This document shows positions 28,533 through 37,846 of a DNA stretch of 64,000 bases, piece after piece. A model generated the notes under the pieces. The model saw nothing but the letters and a program-made list of their open reading frames with translations. It was not told the DNA's origin and searched no databases. Numbering within the stretch: position 1 is the first letter of the stretch; every line of letters starts with the position of its first letter. The DNA is from Planctomycetota bacterium (GTDB lineage Bacteria; Planctomycetota; UBA8108; SXIK01): assembly GCA_965223845.1 (NCBI GenBank), contig CBDCXR010000004.1:3616001-3680000 (forward strand), written 5' to 3'. The translations under genes were made by a program, and so were the position numbers.

Positions 28533-30172
28533 GCCTCTCGTCCCCCCTTCGCGGCGGCAGTGATGGTAAACGTCACGCCACTCGCCTCGACGGTGGCACC
28601 GAATGCGAGCGGCTCTTCCTCGCCGCGCACGCGGTTGTCGATCACGATCGGTTCCGAGGCCTTCAGTCGGTACGCGCCCCCAGCGGCGCTGAGAACGAGA
28701 CGCTCCGTCGCGTCGCGCGCGACGACGTGACACGACGACTTATTTCCGATGAGGAGGTGCTCATCGACGAGCACGATCTGCCGCACGTCGCCGTGGACGC
28801 GAAGACCCGAGCCGAGCTCGAGCACACCCGTCGTCGTGAGGGCGGACGGCGCGCGAAACGTGATCTTCGCGCGCTTCCCGAGAACGACCTCGTCGCCATC
28901 GGCGAGCAGGTGCTTGTCGACGCGCCGGCCCGCGACGCTCACCGGGCCACGGGCCACGATGAAGTGATCGCCGTCCACGCGCAAGATCTCAGCGTGAACT
29001 CCCTCGAGATCGGCGCTGAGCGCGATGTCGGGGCGGGCAGACGAGCCGGCGCGTCCGATGGTGACACGTTCGGCCGGCATCACGAGAAAACTACCGACTC
29101 CGTCTACCCAGAGCACGGCGGGCCCCTTCCCCGGCGGCCCCTTCGCGAGGGGCGCCGCGCCCGGGGCGGCGACCGGCGTCGTGCGCTGCGGGTCGAACCC
29201 GCGACCGACATCGTTCGTCCCGGCGCCGACGGCCAGCGTCGCGGCGGGGTCGGCTCCGCGCCGGGGCGCGCTCGCCAGTAGACCGAGCGGACCGCTTCGG
29301 AGCGACACAACGGCGCGCTCGACAGCGTCCACCTGCTTCGCGGTCTCCGCGAGCCACTTCGCTCGAGGAAGAATCGAACTCATCTTCCCGATCGCGATCC
29401 GCGCCAACTCCCAGCGCGCGGTCGATATAGCGTCCGCGGCCGCGCGGGACAGGCGAAGCGGCTCCTCCCAGGCTCCCTCGCCGAAGCCGGCGGCACGGAG
29501 CGGCCCGAGGGCGGCGCCGAGCTGCTCGACACGCTCCAGTCGTCCGGCCGAAAGCGCGGCGAGCGCCTCGGTCTCGCCCGCTCGCGTCGCTTCGAGAATG
29601 AGATCGCGCGTTTCCGCGTCGCTCGCGAGCGCGAGGAGGTCGCGCGTCGCGCCCTCGATCGCGGCGAGGACTTCCTTGTGCTCGAGATGGCTCCGCACCT
29701 TGCTGCGCGCGGCCGCTCCAGCTTCCCGCACCGCGTGCACTTCGTTCTCGAGACTCTTCCGCGCCGTGCGCGAAGTCGGAAGCGTCGCGAGTCGACTCTC
29801 CGCGGCGTCGACCCGACCTGCACCGATATGATTTCGCACGGATTCGAGGACGGCACGCTCGCGCAGCTCGTCCCGGCGGGCATCGCGGAGTGTAGAGAGG
29901 ATGCGTTCGCGGAGGTCCGCGGTTCGCGGGCGGTTCCCCCCGAGCTCCTGCGCCCGTTCGACGTCGGCGAGCGCATCCCGCTTTCGTCCGGCGGCGAGAT
30001 GATCTTCCGCGCGGTCGAGAAGCGGGTCGACGAGCTGCTCGCGGATTTCCTGGCCCTGACGGTGGTCCTTCAGCTCCGATTGCGCGGCCACTTCGTAGGC
30101 CTCGTCGAGCCGTCCGGCGCGGAGCGCCGCCTTCGCTTTTTGAAAGAGGACCATCCGGTTGAACATCGGCAT
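28529..30172 (-). CDS. Helical/TPR-like N-terminus plus FHA-like C-terminal domains
   Basis: LWVDGVGSFLV...VTIGR...HAEI...LADGDEVVLG FHA pattern; a second degenerate FHA-like unit follows. Confidence 0.8.
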   Translation of the reverse strand: MPMFNRMVLFQKAKAALRAGRLDEAYEVAAQSELKDHRQGQEIREQLVDPLLDRAEDHLAAGRKRDALADVERAQELGGNRPRTADLRERILSTLRDARRDELRERAVLESVRNHIGAGRVDAAESRLATLPTSRTARKSLENEVHAVREAGAAARSKVRSHLEHKEVLAAIEGATRDLLALASDAETRDLILEATRAGETEALAALSAGRLERVEQLGAALGPLRAAGFGEGAWEEPLRLSRAAADAISTARWELARIAIGKMSSILPRAKWLAETAKQVDAVERAVVSLRSGPLGLLASAPRRGADPAATLAVGAGTNDVGRGFDPQRTTPVAAPGAAPLAKGPPGKGPAVLWVDGVGSFLVMPAERVTIGRAGSSARPDIALSADLEGVHAEILRVDGDHFIVARGPVSVAGRRVDKHLLADGDEVVLGKRAKITFRAPSALTTTGVLELGSGLRVHGDVRQIVLVDEHLLIGNKSSCHVVARDATERLVLSAAGGAYRLKASEPIVIDNRVRGEEEPLAFGATVEASGVTFTITAAAKGGREA

Positions 30173-30360
30173 CTCACCAGGGGTGTCGGCTTCGTGCTCG
30201 AGCGACGCGATCGGAGTCCATCTTACGCGTCGCGAAGACCGCCGGGGCGAGGCGCGTGAGCCAGGGGGCGACTCGCACCCTTACTCCACCTCGCGCTCAC
30301 AGAGAAAGTCGCGGGAGCCCGGCTTCGATTTCACGAAAAGAGCTCGGATCACCTCAGCCA

Positions 30361-30385
30361 TAAATCACTTCAAATTCATGACTTA
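30361..30385. promoter_or_regulatory. AT-rich inverted repeat upstream of the FHA-kinase-ECF operon
   Basis: TAAATCA-N11-TGACTTA (one mismatch), a very AT-rich patch in a GC-rich background. Confidence 0.45.
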
Positions 30386-30453
30386 AGCAGCCCCCCGCGC
30401 AATCGCCCGCGCACCGCGGGCAATTGCGAATCGGAGCCCGGGACCCCGGGTGC

Positions 30454-31431
30454 TCAGCTCCGTCCGAGGGGCTCGTCGGTGATCTCCCACGCGTGGTAGG
30501 AGCTGCGTGTGAGTGGACTGCTGACCACGTGGCGAAATCCGAGCCGCTGCGCGGCGCGCTCGAGCTCTGCGAACTCTTCGGGCGGCACGTACCGAAACAC
30601 GGTGTGCTGCCCCGCCGTCGGCTGGAGGTACTGCCCGACGGTGAGTGCGTCGACGTCCGTTCGCCGGAGATCCTCTAAGACCGCGAGCAACTCCTCGCGA
30701 GTTTCTCCCAGCCCGACCATCAGACTCGACTTTGTGAGGACACTCGGACGCAGTTCCTTCGCGATGCGAAGCGTCTCGAGCGAACGCTCGTAGTCGGAAC
30801 CCGGCCGCACGCGGCGATAGAGCCGCGGCACCGTCTCGACGTTGTGCGCGAACACAAAGAGCGGAGTCTCGACTACGCGACGGATGAGCTCCGGACGCGC
30901 GTGAAAATCGGGAACGAGCGCCTCGGTCCGACAAGTCGGCAATCGCCGGGCGATCGCTTCGATGGTGCTGGCGACGTGATCCGCGCCTTCGTCGGGGAGA
31001 TCATCGCGATTCACCGACGTGAGCACTGCGTAGTCGAGCCCGAGGGACTCGATCACGTCGGCCACGTGCTCGGGTTCGGCGTGATCGAGGGCGAGCGGCT
31101 TCCCCTTCGCGACCGAACAAAACCTACAACCGCGGGTGCAGGTATCTCCCATGAGCATGAACGTCGCGGTGCCGTGGGCCCAGCACTCTCCGATGTTCGG
31201 ACACTGCGCCTCCTCGCACACCGTGTGGAGCCCCTTCTCGCGCAAGACGCGGGACAAGAACCGGAAGCGCTCGTTCGCTGCGAATCGCGTTTTGATCCAC
31301 GGCGGATGCTTCGGAACCGCGCGCGCGCTGGACAAGACGGGGAGCTCCCGGACGACCGGCGATGCACCACGCAGCGGACGGGGATCACTCTCTGAAACGC
31401 GAGCGCGCGCCGAGTCGGTGTCAGGGGGCAT
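30454..31431 (-). CDS. lipA: Lipoyl synthase
   Basis: CEEAQCPNIGEC, CTRGCRFC, HNVETV, RSSY. Confidence 0.96.
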   Translation of the reverse strand: MPPDTDSARARVSESDPRPLRGASPVVRELPVLSSARAVPKHPPWIKTRFAANERFRFLSRVLREKGLHTVCEEAQCPNIGECWAHGTATFMLMGDTCTRGCRFCSVAKGKPLALDHAEPEHVADVIESLGLDYAVLTSVNRDDLPDEGADHVASTIEAIARRLPTCRTEALVPDFHARPELIRRVVETPLFVFAHNVETVPRLYRRVRPGSDYERSLETLRIAKELRPSVLTKSSLMVGLGETREELLAVLEDLRRTDVDALTVGQYLQPTAGQHTVFRYVPPEEFAELERAAQRLGFRHVVSSPLTRSSYHAWEITDEPLGRS

Positions 31432-31654
31432 CGATCTTTCTTTCGGCGAAGCGAAGCGAGAATGGTCCGCGGATCGTACGATCGTTCGGCGGTGGGCTTT
31501 CCCGAGCGCGAATCGCGCCCGAACACGAGTTCGGATCTGACGGGCGCGCGCGACGGAGAATCGGGGCGCCGATGAGCGCGAGCCGGACTCGGGCCTACAC
31601 TACGAAGACCGAGACCGGCGGGAGACGGAGCGTAACACCGCCGGGGAAAAAAGA

Positions 31655-31729
31655 TGGTTGCCGGACAGGGACTCGAACCCCGACAACCAGGTTCAGAGCC
31701 TGGCGTCCTACCAATTAGACGATCCGGCA
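31655..31729 (-). tRNA. tRNA-Gln(CTG)
   Basis: TGCCGGA / TCCGGCA-A-CCA acceptor; anticodon arm CCAGG-CTCTGAA-CCTGG; GGTTCGAGTCC. Confidence 0.96.
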
Positions 31730-31742
31730 ACGCGATCGCGAT

Positions 31743-31771
31743 TTTATAAGCACCGACCGCACAGGGCGCAA
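31743..31771 (-). promoter_or_regulatory. Sigma70-like promoter of tRNA-Gln
   Basis: TTGCGC-N17-TATAAA just upstream of the tRNA. Confidence 0.6.
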
Positions 31772-31949
31772 CGGAAAACCCATCGCCGGCCGAAGCCGCG
31801 CTGCACGCCTTGTCATCGACTGGGCTCGCCCCTATCTTGAGGCGCTTTGCAGGCGTCGGCGAGACGCGGTTGGGAGCGCCAGGCTCCCCGTTCCGTGCGA
31901 TGCCCTCATGTTTTTCGATTGCTGATCTCGACTCTCGGAAACCTCCGCC

Positions 31950-32708
31950 ATGACGATTCAGATCAAAGGGCGCGTGGCGCTCGTCACGGGAAGCTCGACC
32001 GGTCTCGGTAAGGGGATGGCGTTCGCACTCGCTCGCGCCGGTGCGAAGGTCGCGGTGAATTACTTCAACAACTCAGCGCGCGCCGAGGCGATGTTCGCCG
32101 AGTTTCAGGCGGAGGGACTCGACGGCATGCTCGTCCGCGGCGACGTCTCGACCGAAGCCGGCGTCGAATCGGTGTACGGCGAAGTCGAGAACGAGCTCGG
32201 TCCGATCGACATCCTCGTCGTCAACGCGACTCCCGATCAGCCGCAGATGCCGATCGAAGAGTACACGTGGAAGCACTACGAGGCGATGCTCGACTTCTTC
32301 ATCAAGAGCCCGTACCTGCTCACGCGCCGCTGCGTCGCGCACATGAAGAAGCAGCGCTGGGGTCGCGTCATCAATATCGGGAGCGAAGTCTTCCAGCGTG
32401 GCATGGGGAACTTCAGCGCCTACGTGTCGGCGAAGGGCGGGCAGCTCGGCTTCACGCGCAGCATGGCGACCGAGCTCGCACCGTTCGGGATCACCGTCAA
32501 CATGGTGTCGCCCGGGTGGATCCCCGTCGAGCGGCACGAGAAAGATCCACAGGAAATGAAGGACGGGTACCTCGCCACGGTACCGATGGGGCGCTGGGGC
32601 ACGCCCGAGGACGTCGCGGAGTGTACGGTGTACTTCGCGAGCGAAGAAGCGAGCTTCGTCACCGGGCAGAACGTGTGCGTAAACGGCGGGCTCACCGTCT
32701 GGCACTGA
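31950..32708 (+). CDS. SDR oxidoreductase (FabG-like)
   Basis: TGSSTGLG, YVSAK, VNMVSPGWI. Confidence 0.9.
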   Translation: MTIQIKGRVALVTGSSTGLGKGMAFALARAGAKVAVNYFNNSARAEAMFAEFQAEGLDGMLVRGDVSTEAGVESVYGEVENELGPIDILVVNATPDQPQMPIEEYTWKHYEAMLDFFIKSPYLLTRRCVAHMKKQRWGRVINIGSEVFQRGMGNFSAYVSAKGGQLGFTRSMATELAPFGITVNMVSPGWIPVERHEKDPQEMKDGYLATVPMGRWGTPEDVAECTVYFASEEASFVTGQNVCVNGGLTVWH

Positions 32709-32779
32709 TCGGTGCTTGTTGAAGAAGAAGAAAAAATGGATCGCGAGGCTGATCTGCCGATCGCATCTCGTTTCTCTCC

Positions 32780-34300
32780 TTAGCCCTTCGTCGCGCCTTT
32801 CCCCTCTGCGGGTGCGGCCGAAGCGTAGAGCTCCGCAGCTCGACCCAGTCGCTCAAGAGTCGCGTCGCGACCGAGAAGCGCGATCACCTCGAAAAGCCCG
32901 GGAGTCGCATTTCGTCCGCTGATGAGCGCGCGGACCGGCTGCGCGAGATCACCGAGCCGCGCGTCTTCGCGCTCGACGAATTCGCGCGCGTGGGCGTCGA
33001 GCGCGCTCGGGTCGTCGGGCACCCACGCGCTCTCTTCGAGCGCGGCGAGAGACTCGACGTAACGCTCGACGAGGGGCAGAGTGTCGCGCTTCTTCCGTAG
33101 GACCTTTCGCCCGCTGTCATCGAGCTCGACGGGCGCGAAGTAGAACTCGAGCTTGTCGACAATCGCCGCGAGACAATCGTTTCGCTCGCGCTCGAGGGCG
33201 ATCATCCCGGTGAGACGCGCGCAATCGGCGCTCGCCTCTTCCTCGCTCACGAAACCGCGCGCGACGAGTCGCGGGATGACGAGCTCGACGACGCTTTCGA
33301 GCGGACGTTCGCGCATGTAGTGACCGCCGAGGTGCTCGAGCTTCTTCAGATCGTAGACCGCGCCCGACTTCGAGACACCGCCGAACGAGAACTTCTCGAC
33401 GAGCTCCGCGAGCGAGAAGATCTCCTGCTGATCATCGAAGGACCAACCCATCCGAACGAGGAAATTCAGCATCGCTTCCGGCAGGTACCCCTTCTCCTCG
33501 TACTCGGTGACCGAAACGGCGCCGTGGCGCTTGGAGAGCTTGCCTCCGCCCGGCGCGAGGATGAGCGGAATGTGGGCGTAGCGGGGAACGGGAAGTCCGA
33601 GCGCTTCGTAGAGAAGGAGCTGCTTCGACGTGTTCGAAAGGTGATCCTCGCCGCGGATGACGTGCGTGATTCCCATTCCGTAATCGTCCCCGACGACCGC
33701 GAAGTTGTAGACGACGCTGCCGTCCGACCGGCGGACGATGAAGTCCTCGATCTCCTCGTTGCGAACGACCACTTCACCACGGATGAGATCCTCGCAGCGC
33801 GCCTCACCGGGCGGCACACGAAAGCGGAGGACGTACGGCTCGTGCTCCATTCGGCGCGCGACCTCGCTCGCATCGAGCTCGAGGCAGCGGCGATCGTAGA
33901 GAATCCGCGCCTTCGCCGCCCGCTGCGCGTCGCGCAGCGAGGCGAGGCGCTCCTTCGAGCAGAAGCAGGGATAGATCTTCCGTTCGTCGAGGAGACGCGC
34001 GATCCACTCGCCGTAGGTGTCCGACCGCTCCGACTGGAAGTACGGGCCGTGATCGCCTCCGACCTCGGGGCCTTCATCCCAATGGAGACCGAGGTAGCGG
34101 AGGCCGTCGAAGATGGCCTGAACCGCTTCGGGAGTCGACCTCTCGCGATCGGTATCCTCGACGCGGAGGACGAGCACGCCGCCGCGCTGCCGCGCGTAGA
34201 GGTAGTTGAAGAGAGCGGTGCGCGCTCCCCCGATGTGAAGATATCCAGTCGGAGACGGCGCAAACCGCACGCGGACGTCGCCGGAGGGGAGGTCGTTCAT
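32780..34300 (-). CDS. gltX: Glutamate--tRNA ligase
   Basis: RFAPSPTGYLHIGG, RVEDTD, HVIRGEDH, KLSKRHG. Confidence 0.96.
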   Translation of the reverse strand: MNDLPSGDVRVRFAPSPTGYLHIGGARTALFNYLYARQRGGVLVLRVEDTDRERSTPEAVQAIFDGLRYLGLHWDEGPEVGGDHGPYFQSERSDTYGEWIARLLDERKIYPCFCSKERLASLRDAQRAAKARILYDRRCLELDASEVARRMEHEPYVLRFRVPPGEARCEDLIRGEVVVRNEEIEDFIVRRSDGSVVYNFAVVGDDYGMGITHVIRGEDHLSNTSKQLLLYEALGLPVPRYAHIPLILAPGGGKLSKRHGAVSVTEYEEKGYLPEAMLNFLVRMGWSFDDQQEIFSLAELVEKFSFGGVSKSGAVYDLKKLEHLGGHYMRERPLESVVELVIPRLVARGFVSEEEASADCARLTGMIALERERNDCLAAIVDKLEFYFAPVELDDSGRKVLRKKRDTLPLVERYVESLAALEESAWVPDDPSALDAHAREFVEREDARLGDLAQPVRALISGRNATPGLFEVIALLGRDATLERLGRAAELYASAAPAEGKGATKG

Positions 34301-34892
34301 CTCGCTTCGAGTTCGAGTGGGAAGGCGTACGGGCGCGACGATCCTCTGGCGACCGCCGGAAAACGATATCCCGAACGTCGGGAATGGATCCGGAACGCTA
34401 TCGTTCTGCGTCGGCACGCGCAAGGGGATTCGGCGTCCCGGCTCGAGGCGTCGATTCGCCCTACCGCGCCGGTGCCGTTCGAGACAGGTTCGGCGCCTTG
34501 CGCTACAATCGCAGTCGCAGCTTCTCCCGCTCCCACGCTCGTTCTCCATCCGCCCTGAATTCGCGGCGGACCGGGGACGTCTGTCTCTCAGAAAGCAGAG
34601 CCGACCGCGCCGTCACCCCGTTCGCCGCGAACGCGCGCGACGGGCGGCTCTGATTCCCCCTCGAACGCCCACCGTAGCGGAAGAAGAAGGAGGTCCAGCC
34701 ATGCGGAGTCGAGCTTCGGCGACGCGGGGGCTAGGCGCCTACGCAAGAATGCGGATTCGGCCGGAACACGATCCTCTCGAGCGGGCTTGCAAAAAGTCCC
34801 CTCGCCGGCACGGCAGAGCCGCACCGACTTCACGCCCACGAGCGCGCCTCGCGCTCGTTTCACGCTCTGAACACAGGCACTTCCGGCGAAGC

Positions 34893-35525
34893 GTGCAGGT
34901 TCGGAGCCTTGGATCTTTGCGTCCCGCGACCGCTGCGATCGCGATCGCAGCGGCGATCGCGTGGACACCGCACGCCCCCGCGACGACAACGCGCGACATC
35001 GACTTCGTCGCGCTGGAAAAGCGTGCGGCGACGGTCTTCTACGGAAAGTGCATCGCTCGCCGCACCGTGGACGAAGGCGCACGGATTTCGTACGTCGAGT
35101 ACCAGTTCGAGATCCTCGACGGGGTAAAAGGCTGTCGAGACTCGAAGGGTCGACGCCTGCGCCGCGTCGTCTTTCGACACGCGCAGCTCCGTCCCCGTAC
35201 TCTCCCGGACGGAACGCGCTTCGTTCCGCCGAAGCTCGGCATCCCGACCTACGCGATCGGCGACGAGCTCGTTCTCTTTCTCACCCGCGAATCGCGGCTC
35301 GGACTGTGCGCTCCCGTCGGGCTCCGGCAGGGCTGCTTCCGCGTCACGCGTCGGGGGAACCGCCGCTACGCACAGAACGGCGTCGAGAATCGGCACCTCT
35401 TTCGCGATGTGCGCGAGAGTGCATTTCGAAAGTCCGCGGCGGGCGCGCTCGCGACGGCGAAGCTCGAAGGCGCACGCCTCGAGCTCGGACTGCTCCTCGA
35501 ACTCTGTCGAGGCGTCGCGCGATGA
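34893..35525 (+). CDS. Secreted hypothetical protein coupled to the matrixin gene
   Basis: Signal-like ATAAIAIAAAIAWTPHAPA; RAATVFYGKC, GIPTYAIGDELVLFL, PVGLRQG. Alternative in-frame ATG at 34701 with a perfect SD. Confidence 0.7.
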   Translation: MQVRSLGSLRPATAAIAIAAAIAWTPHAPATTTRDIDFVALEKRAATVFYGKCIARRTVDEGARISYVEYQFEILDGVKGCRDSKGRRLRRVVFRHAQLRPRTLPDGTRFVPPKLGIPTYAIGDELVLFLTRESRLGLCAPVGLRQGCFRVTRRGNRRYAQNGVENRHLFRDVRESAFRKSAAGALATAKLEGARLELGLLLELCRGVAR

Positions 35526-37744
35526 CCTCCGCTCGAGCGCTCATTTCGTCGGCGACGCTCGTCGCGGTCGGCCTCGGAGTGGTACTCGCCGCGCGCGAGG
35601 CGCAGGCGGGCGGTCCACTCCTCGCGGCTCCACGCGGGGAACCGTATCGCTGGGACAGCTCGCAGTCTCTCGTCCTCCATCCGACGACCTCGCGATTGGG
35701 AGCCATCGCGAGTCCGATCGATCTTCTCGAGGCGGCCGTGAGCGAGTGGGATGGCGTCGACACGTCACGGCTCCGCATCGAGATCGGAGATCCGGTTGCG
35801 ATCGACACGAGCGACCTCGATGTGGACTCCTTCGAGGATCTGATCGGTACGAACGATCGCACGAATCCGATCCTGTTCGACTCGGACGGCGACCTCTTCT
35901 CCGACCTCTACGGACCCGACAGCGGGGTCCTCGGCATCGCCGGTCCGAGCCTGATCCGTCCGTCGGAGCGCCGCATCATCAAGGGCTACGCGCTCTTCAA
36001 TGGTGAGGAGGTATCCATCGCCGACCGCACGACGATCGAGGCGGTGTTCACTCACGAGATCGGGCACCTTCTCAACCTCGACCACACTCAGATCAACGGT
36101 CGCCGTCTCTTTCGACCACTGCCTGAGTTTGGTGTGACGCCGACTTCGGCCAGCGTAGCAACGATGTATCCGGTGCTGATTCAGCACCGCGAGGTCGGCC
36201 CGCACCCGATGGCGTCGCTTCACAGCGACGATCGCGCGGCGCTCTCCGCCCTGTACCCGACGGGCGATTTCGCGTCCCGAACGGCGGCCATCACGGGAAA
36301 CGTGTACGACTTCGACGGAGTGACTCCTCTTCACGGCGTCAACGTGGTCGCGCGAAACGTCGACTCGCCACTGAACGACGCTTACTCTGCGGTGACCGGT
36401 CAGCTCATCCGGGAGGAGCACGACTTCGAGCCCGCGGAGAAGCGGGGCGAGTTCGCACTCCGCGGTCTCGTGCCGGGAGCGAGCTACAAGCTCTACGTCG
36501 AAGAGATCGTCGGCTCCTTCGCCGAAGGCTCGAGCCTCGGCCCGCTCGATCCGCCCCTCGACGTCGACCCTTCGAGCTCGAATGCACTCCTCGAGTTCTG
36601 GAATGACGCCGAAGCGGCCACCGCGCCGCCCGACGACGTCGGCGATGCCAGCGAAATCACTCTGGCTCAGGGGGAGAGTCGATCGGGCGTCGATGTCGTC
36701 TTCAACGGGATTGCCCCGCGAGTTCAGGGGATCGTCCCGTCGGCGCTCGGGTACGAGGACGGCGGGCGCGTGACGATCACCGGAGCCAATCTCGATCGGC
36801 TGATCGAGATTCGGCTGGTCGGCCCCGGGCCGGTCGCGCTCGCCAATCCCGTCGTGATCGACGGCGCGACTCTCGAAGCGGACGTGCCGCCGTTCGTGGT
36901 GCCCGGCTCGTACCACGTCACCGTCCGGACGACAAAGGGCCGCGGGACGAGTGAGCTCGCGCTCTACCGCTCCGTCGAGCCGCGCGCGATCGTTACGGTG
37001 ATCGCTCCATCGTCGGTGCCGAACGACGCGACCTCGGTCGTCGAAGTCTTCGGCTCCCACCTCCTCGGAGCAAGACGTGTCGACCTCGTGGCGACCGGGT
37101 CTCCCGTGGTCGAGCTCGACGACGTGATCGTCGCCTTCGACCAGAGTCCGACCGCACCGAGCGGCGTCGGACCGTACAAAATCATCGCGCACATTCCGGC
37201 CGGAGTGCTGCCGCGCGACTACGAGGTCGTCGTGCACAACACCGCCGGAACGAGCGAGACCGGCTTCGCGCGACTGAGTGTCACCGAGCAGCTCCCCGAG
37301 CTCTCGGGCGTCGTCGACCCGGGCGCGATCGGGAACGCACGTGAACGCGAGATCGAAATCTTTGGCCGCCACCTCGCCGGCACCCACTCGGTCGTGCTCG
37401 TCGGCAGCGACGGCGATGTTCCCCTCACCTTAAGGTCGACGACGCTCCGTTCCGTCGTCGCGAGCGTGCCGGCGAGAGTGCCCGAGGGCGACTACGCGAT
37501 CGAGCTCGAGAACACGCGCGGCACCACGGGAGGCGCTCGGCTCACGATCGTTCACGAATCGGGTGGCGGCGGGGGAGGAGGAGGCTGCGGTGCGGTGCTC
37601 CCCCCCGGAAGCGGGCGCCCGCCCGGCTTCGAGCTGCCGGCGATCGTCATCGCCGCTCTCGTTCTGCGGGGTCTCGTTCTCGCGCGGCGCAACGGCGGCG
37701 ACCTCTCCCGCTCGAACGAATCTCATGGACGAGTTCGAGGTTGA
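35522..37744 (+). CDS. Matrixin-like (metzincin) protease with IPT/TIG repeats and a Gly-Cys C-terminal sorting tail
   Basis: Signal peptide ending AQA, HEIGHLLNLDH, Met-turn ATMYP, three IPT-like repeats, polyGly-Cys-TM-RR tail. Confidence 0.85.
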   Translation: MTSARALISSATLVAVGLGVVLAAREAQAGGPLLAAPRGEPYRWDSSQSLVLHPTTSRLGAIASPIDLLEAAVSEWDGVDTSRLRIEIGDPVAIDTSDLDVDSFEDLIGTNDRTNPILFDSDGDLFSDLYGPDSGVLGIAGPSLIRPSERRIIKGYALFNGEEVSIADRTTIEAVFTHEIGHLLNLDHTQINGRRLFRPLPEFGVTPTSASVATMYPVLIQHREVGPHPMASLHSDDRAALSALYPTGDFASRTAAITGNVYDFDGVTPLHGVNVVARNVDSPLNDAYSAVTGQLIREEHDFEPAEKRGEFALRGLVPGASYKLYVEEIVGSFAEGSSLGPLDPPLDVDPSSSNALLEFWNDAEAATAPPDDVGDASEITLAQGESRSGVDVVFNGIAPRVQGIVPSALGYEDGGRVTITGANLDRLIEIRLVGPGPVALANPVVIDGATLEADVPPFVVPGSYHVTVRTTKGRGTSELALYRSVEPRAIVTVIAPSSVPNDATSVVEVFGSHLLGARRVDLVATGSPVVELDDVIVAFDQSPTAPSGVGPYKIIAHIPAGVLPRDYEVVVHNTAGTSETGFARLSVTEQLPELSGVVDPGAIGNAREREIEIFGRHLAGTHSVVLVGSDGDVPLTLRSTTLRSVVASVPARVPEGDYAIELENTRGTTGGARLTIVHESGGGGGGGGCGAVLPPGSGRPPGFELPAIVIAALVLRGLVLARRNGGDLSRSNESHGRVRG

Positions 37745-37846
37745 CGCGCGGGCGGCCTGCGTTTGTCGTAGCGCGGTGATCGACCGCATCGCAGGCGAAG
37801 TTCGCGGTGGGGATGGACCAGTCGTACGCACGAAAGGGACGCGAGA

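Noticed and set aside
32780-34549. N-terminal extensions of gltX (also argS, dusB, the kinase and the matrixin) in the ORF track
   Set aside because: Artefacts of taking the most upstream start; they overlap neighbouring genes or lack protein-like composition.
34455-34660. TPP riboswitch-like fragments on the minus strand (GGGGA...CTGAGA...GAACCTG...GTAGGG) upstream of gltX
   Set aside because: Spacing is too long, the ACCC and P5 elements are missing, and the context is implausible. An Rfam scan would settle it.
34687-34700. AAGGAGGTCCAGCC resembles the reverse complement of the 16S rRNA 3' end
   Set aside because: Only 14 nt with a gap and no further rRNA similarity; treated as a strong SD.
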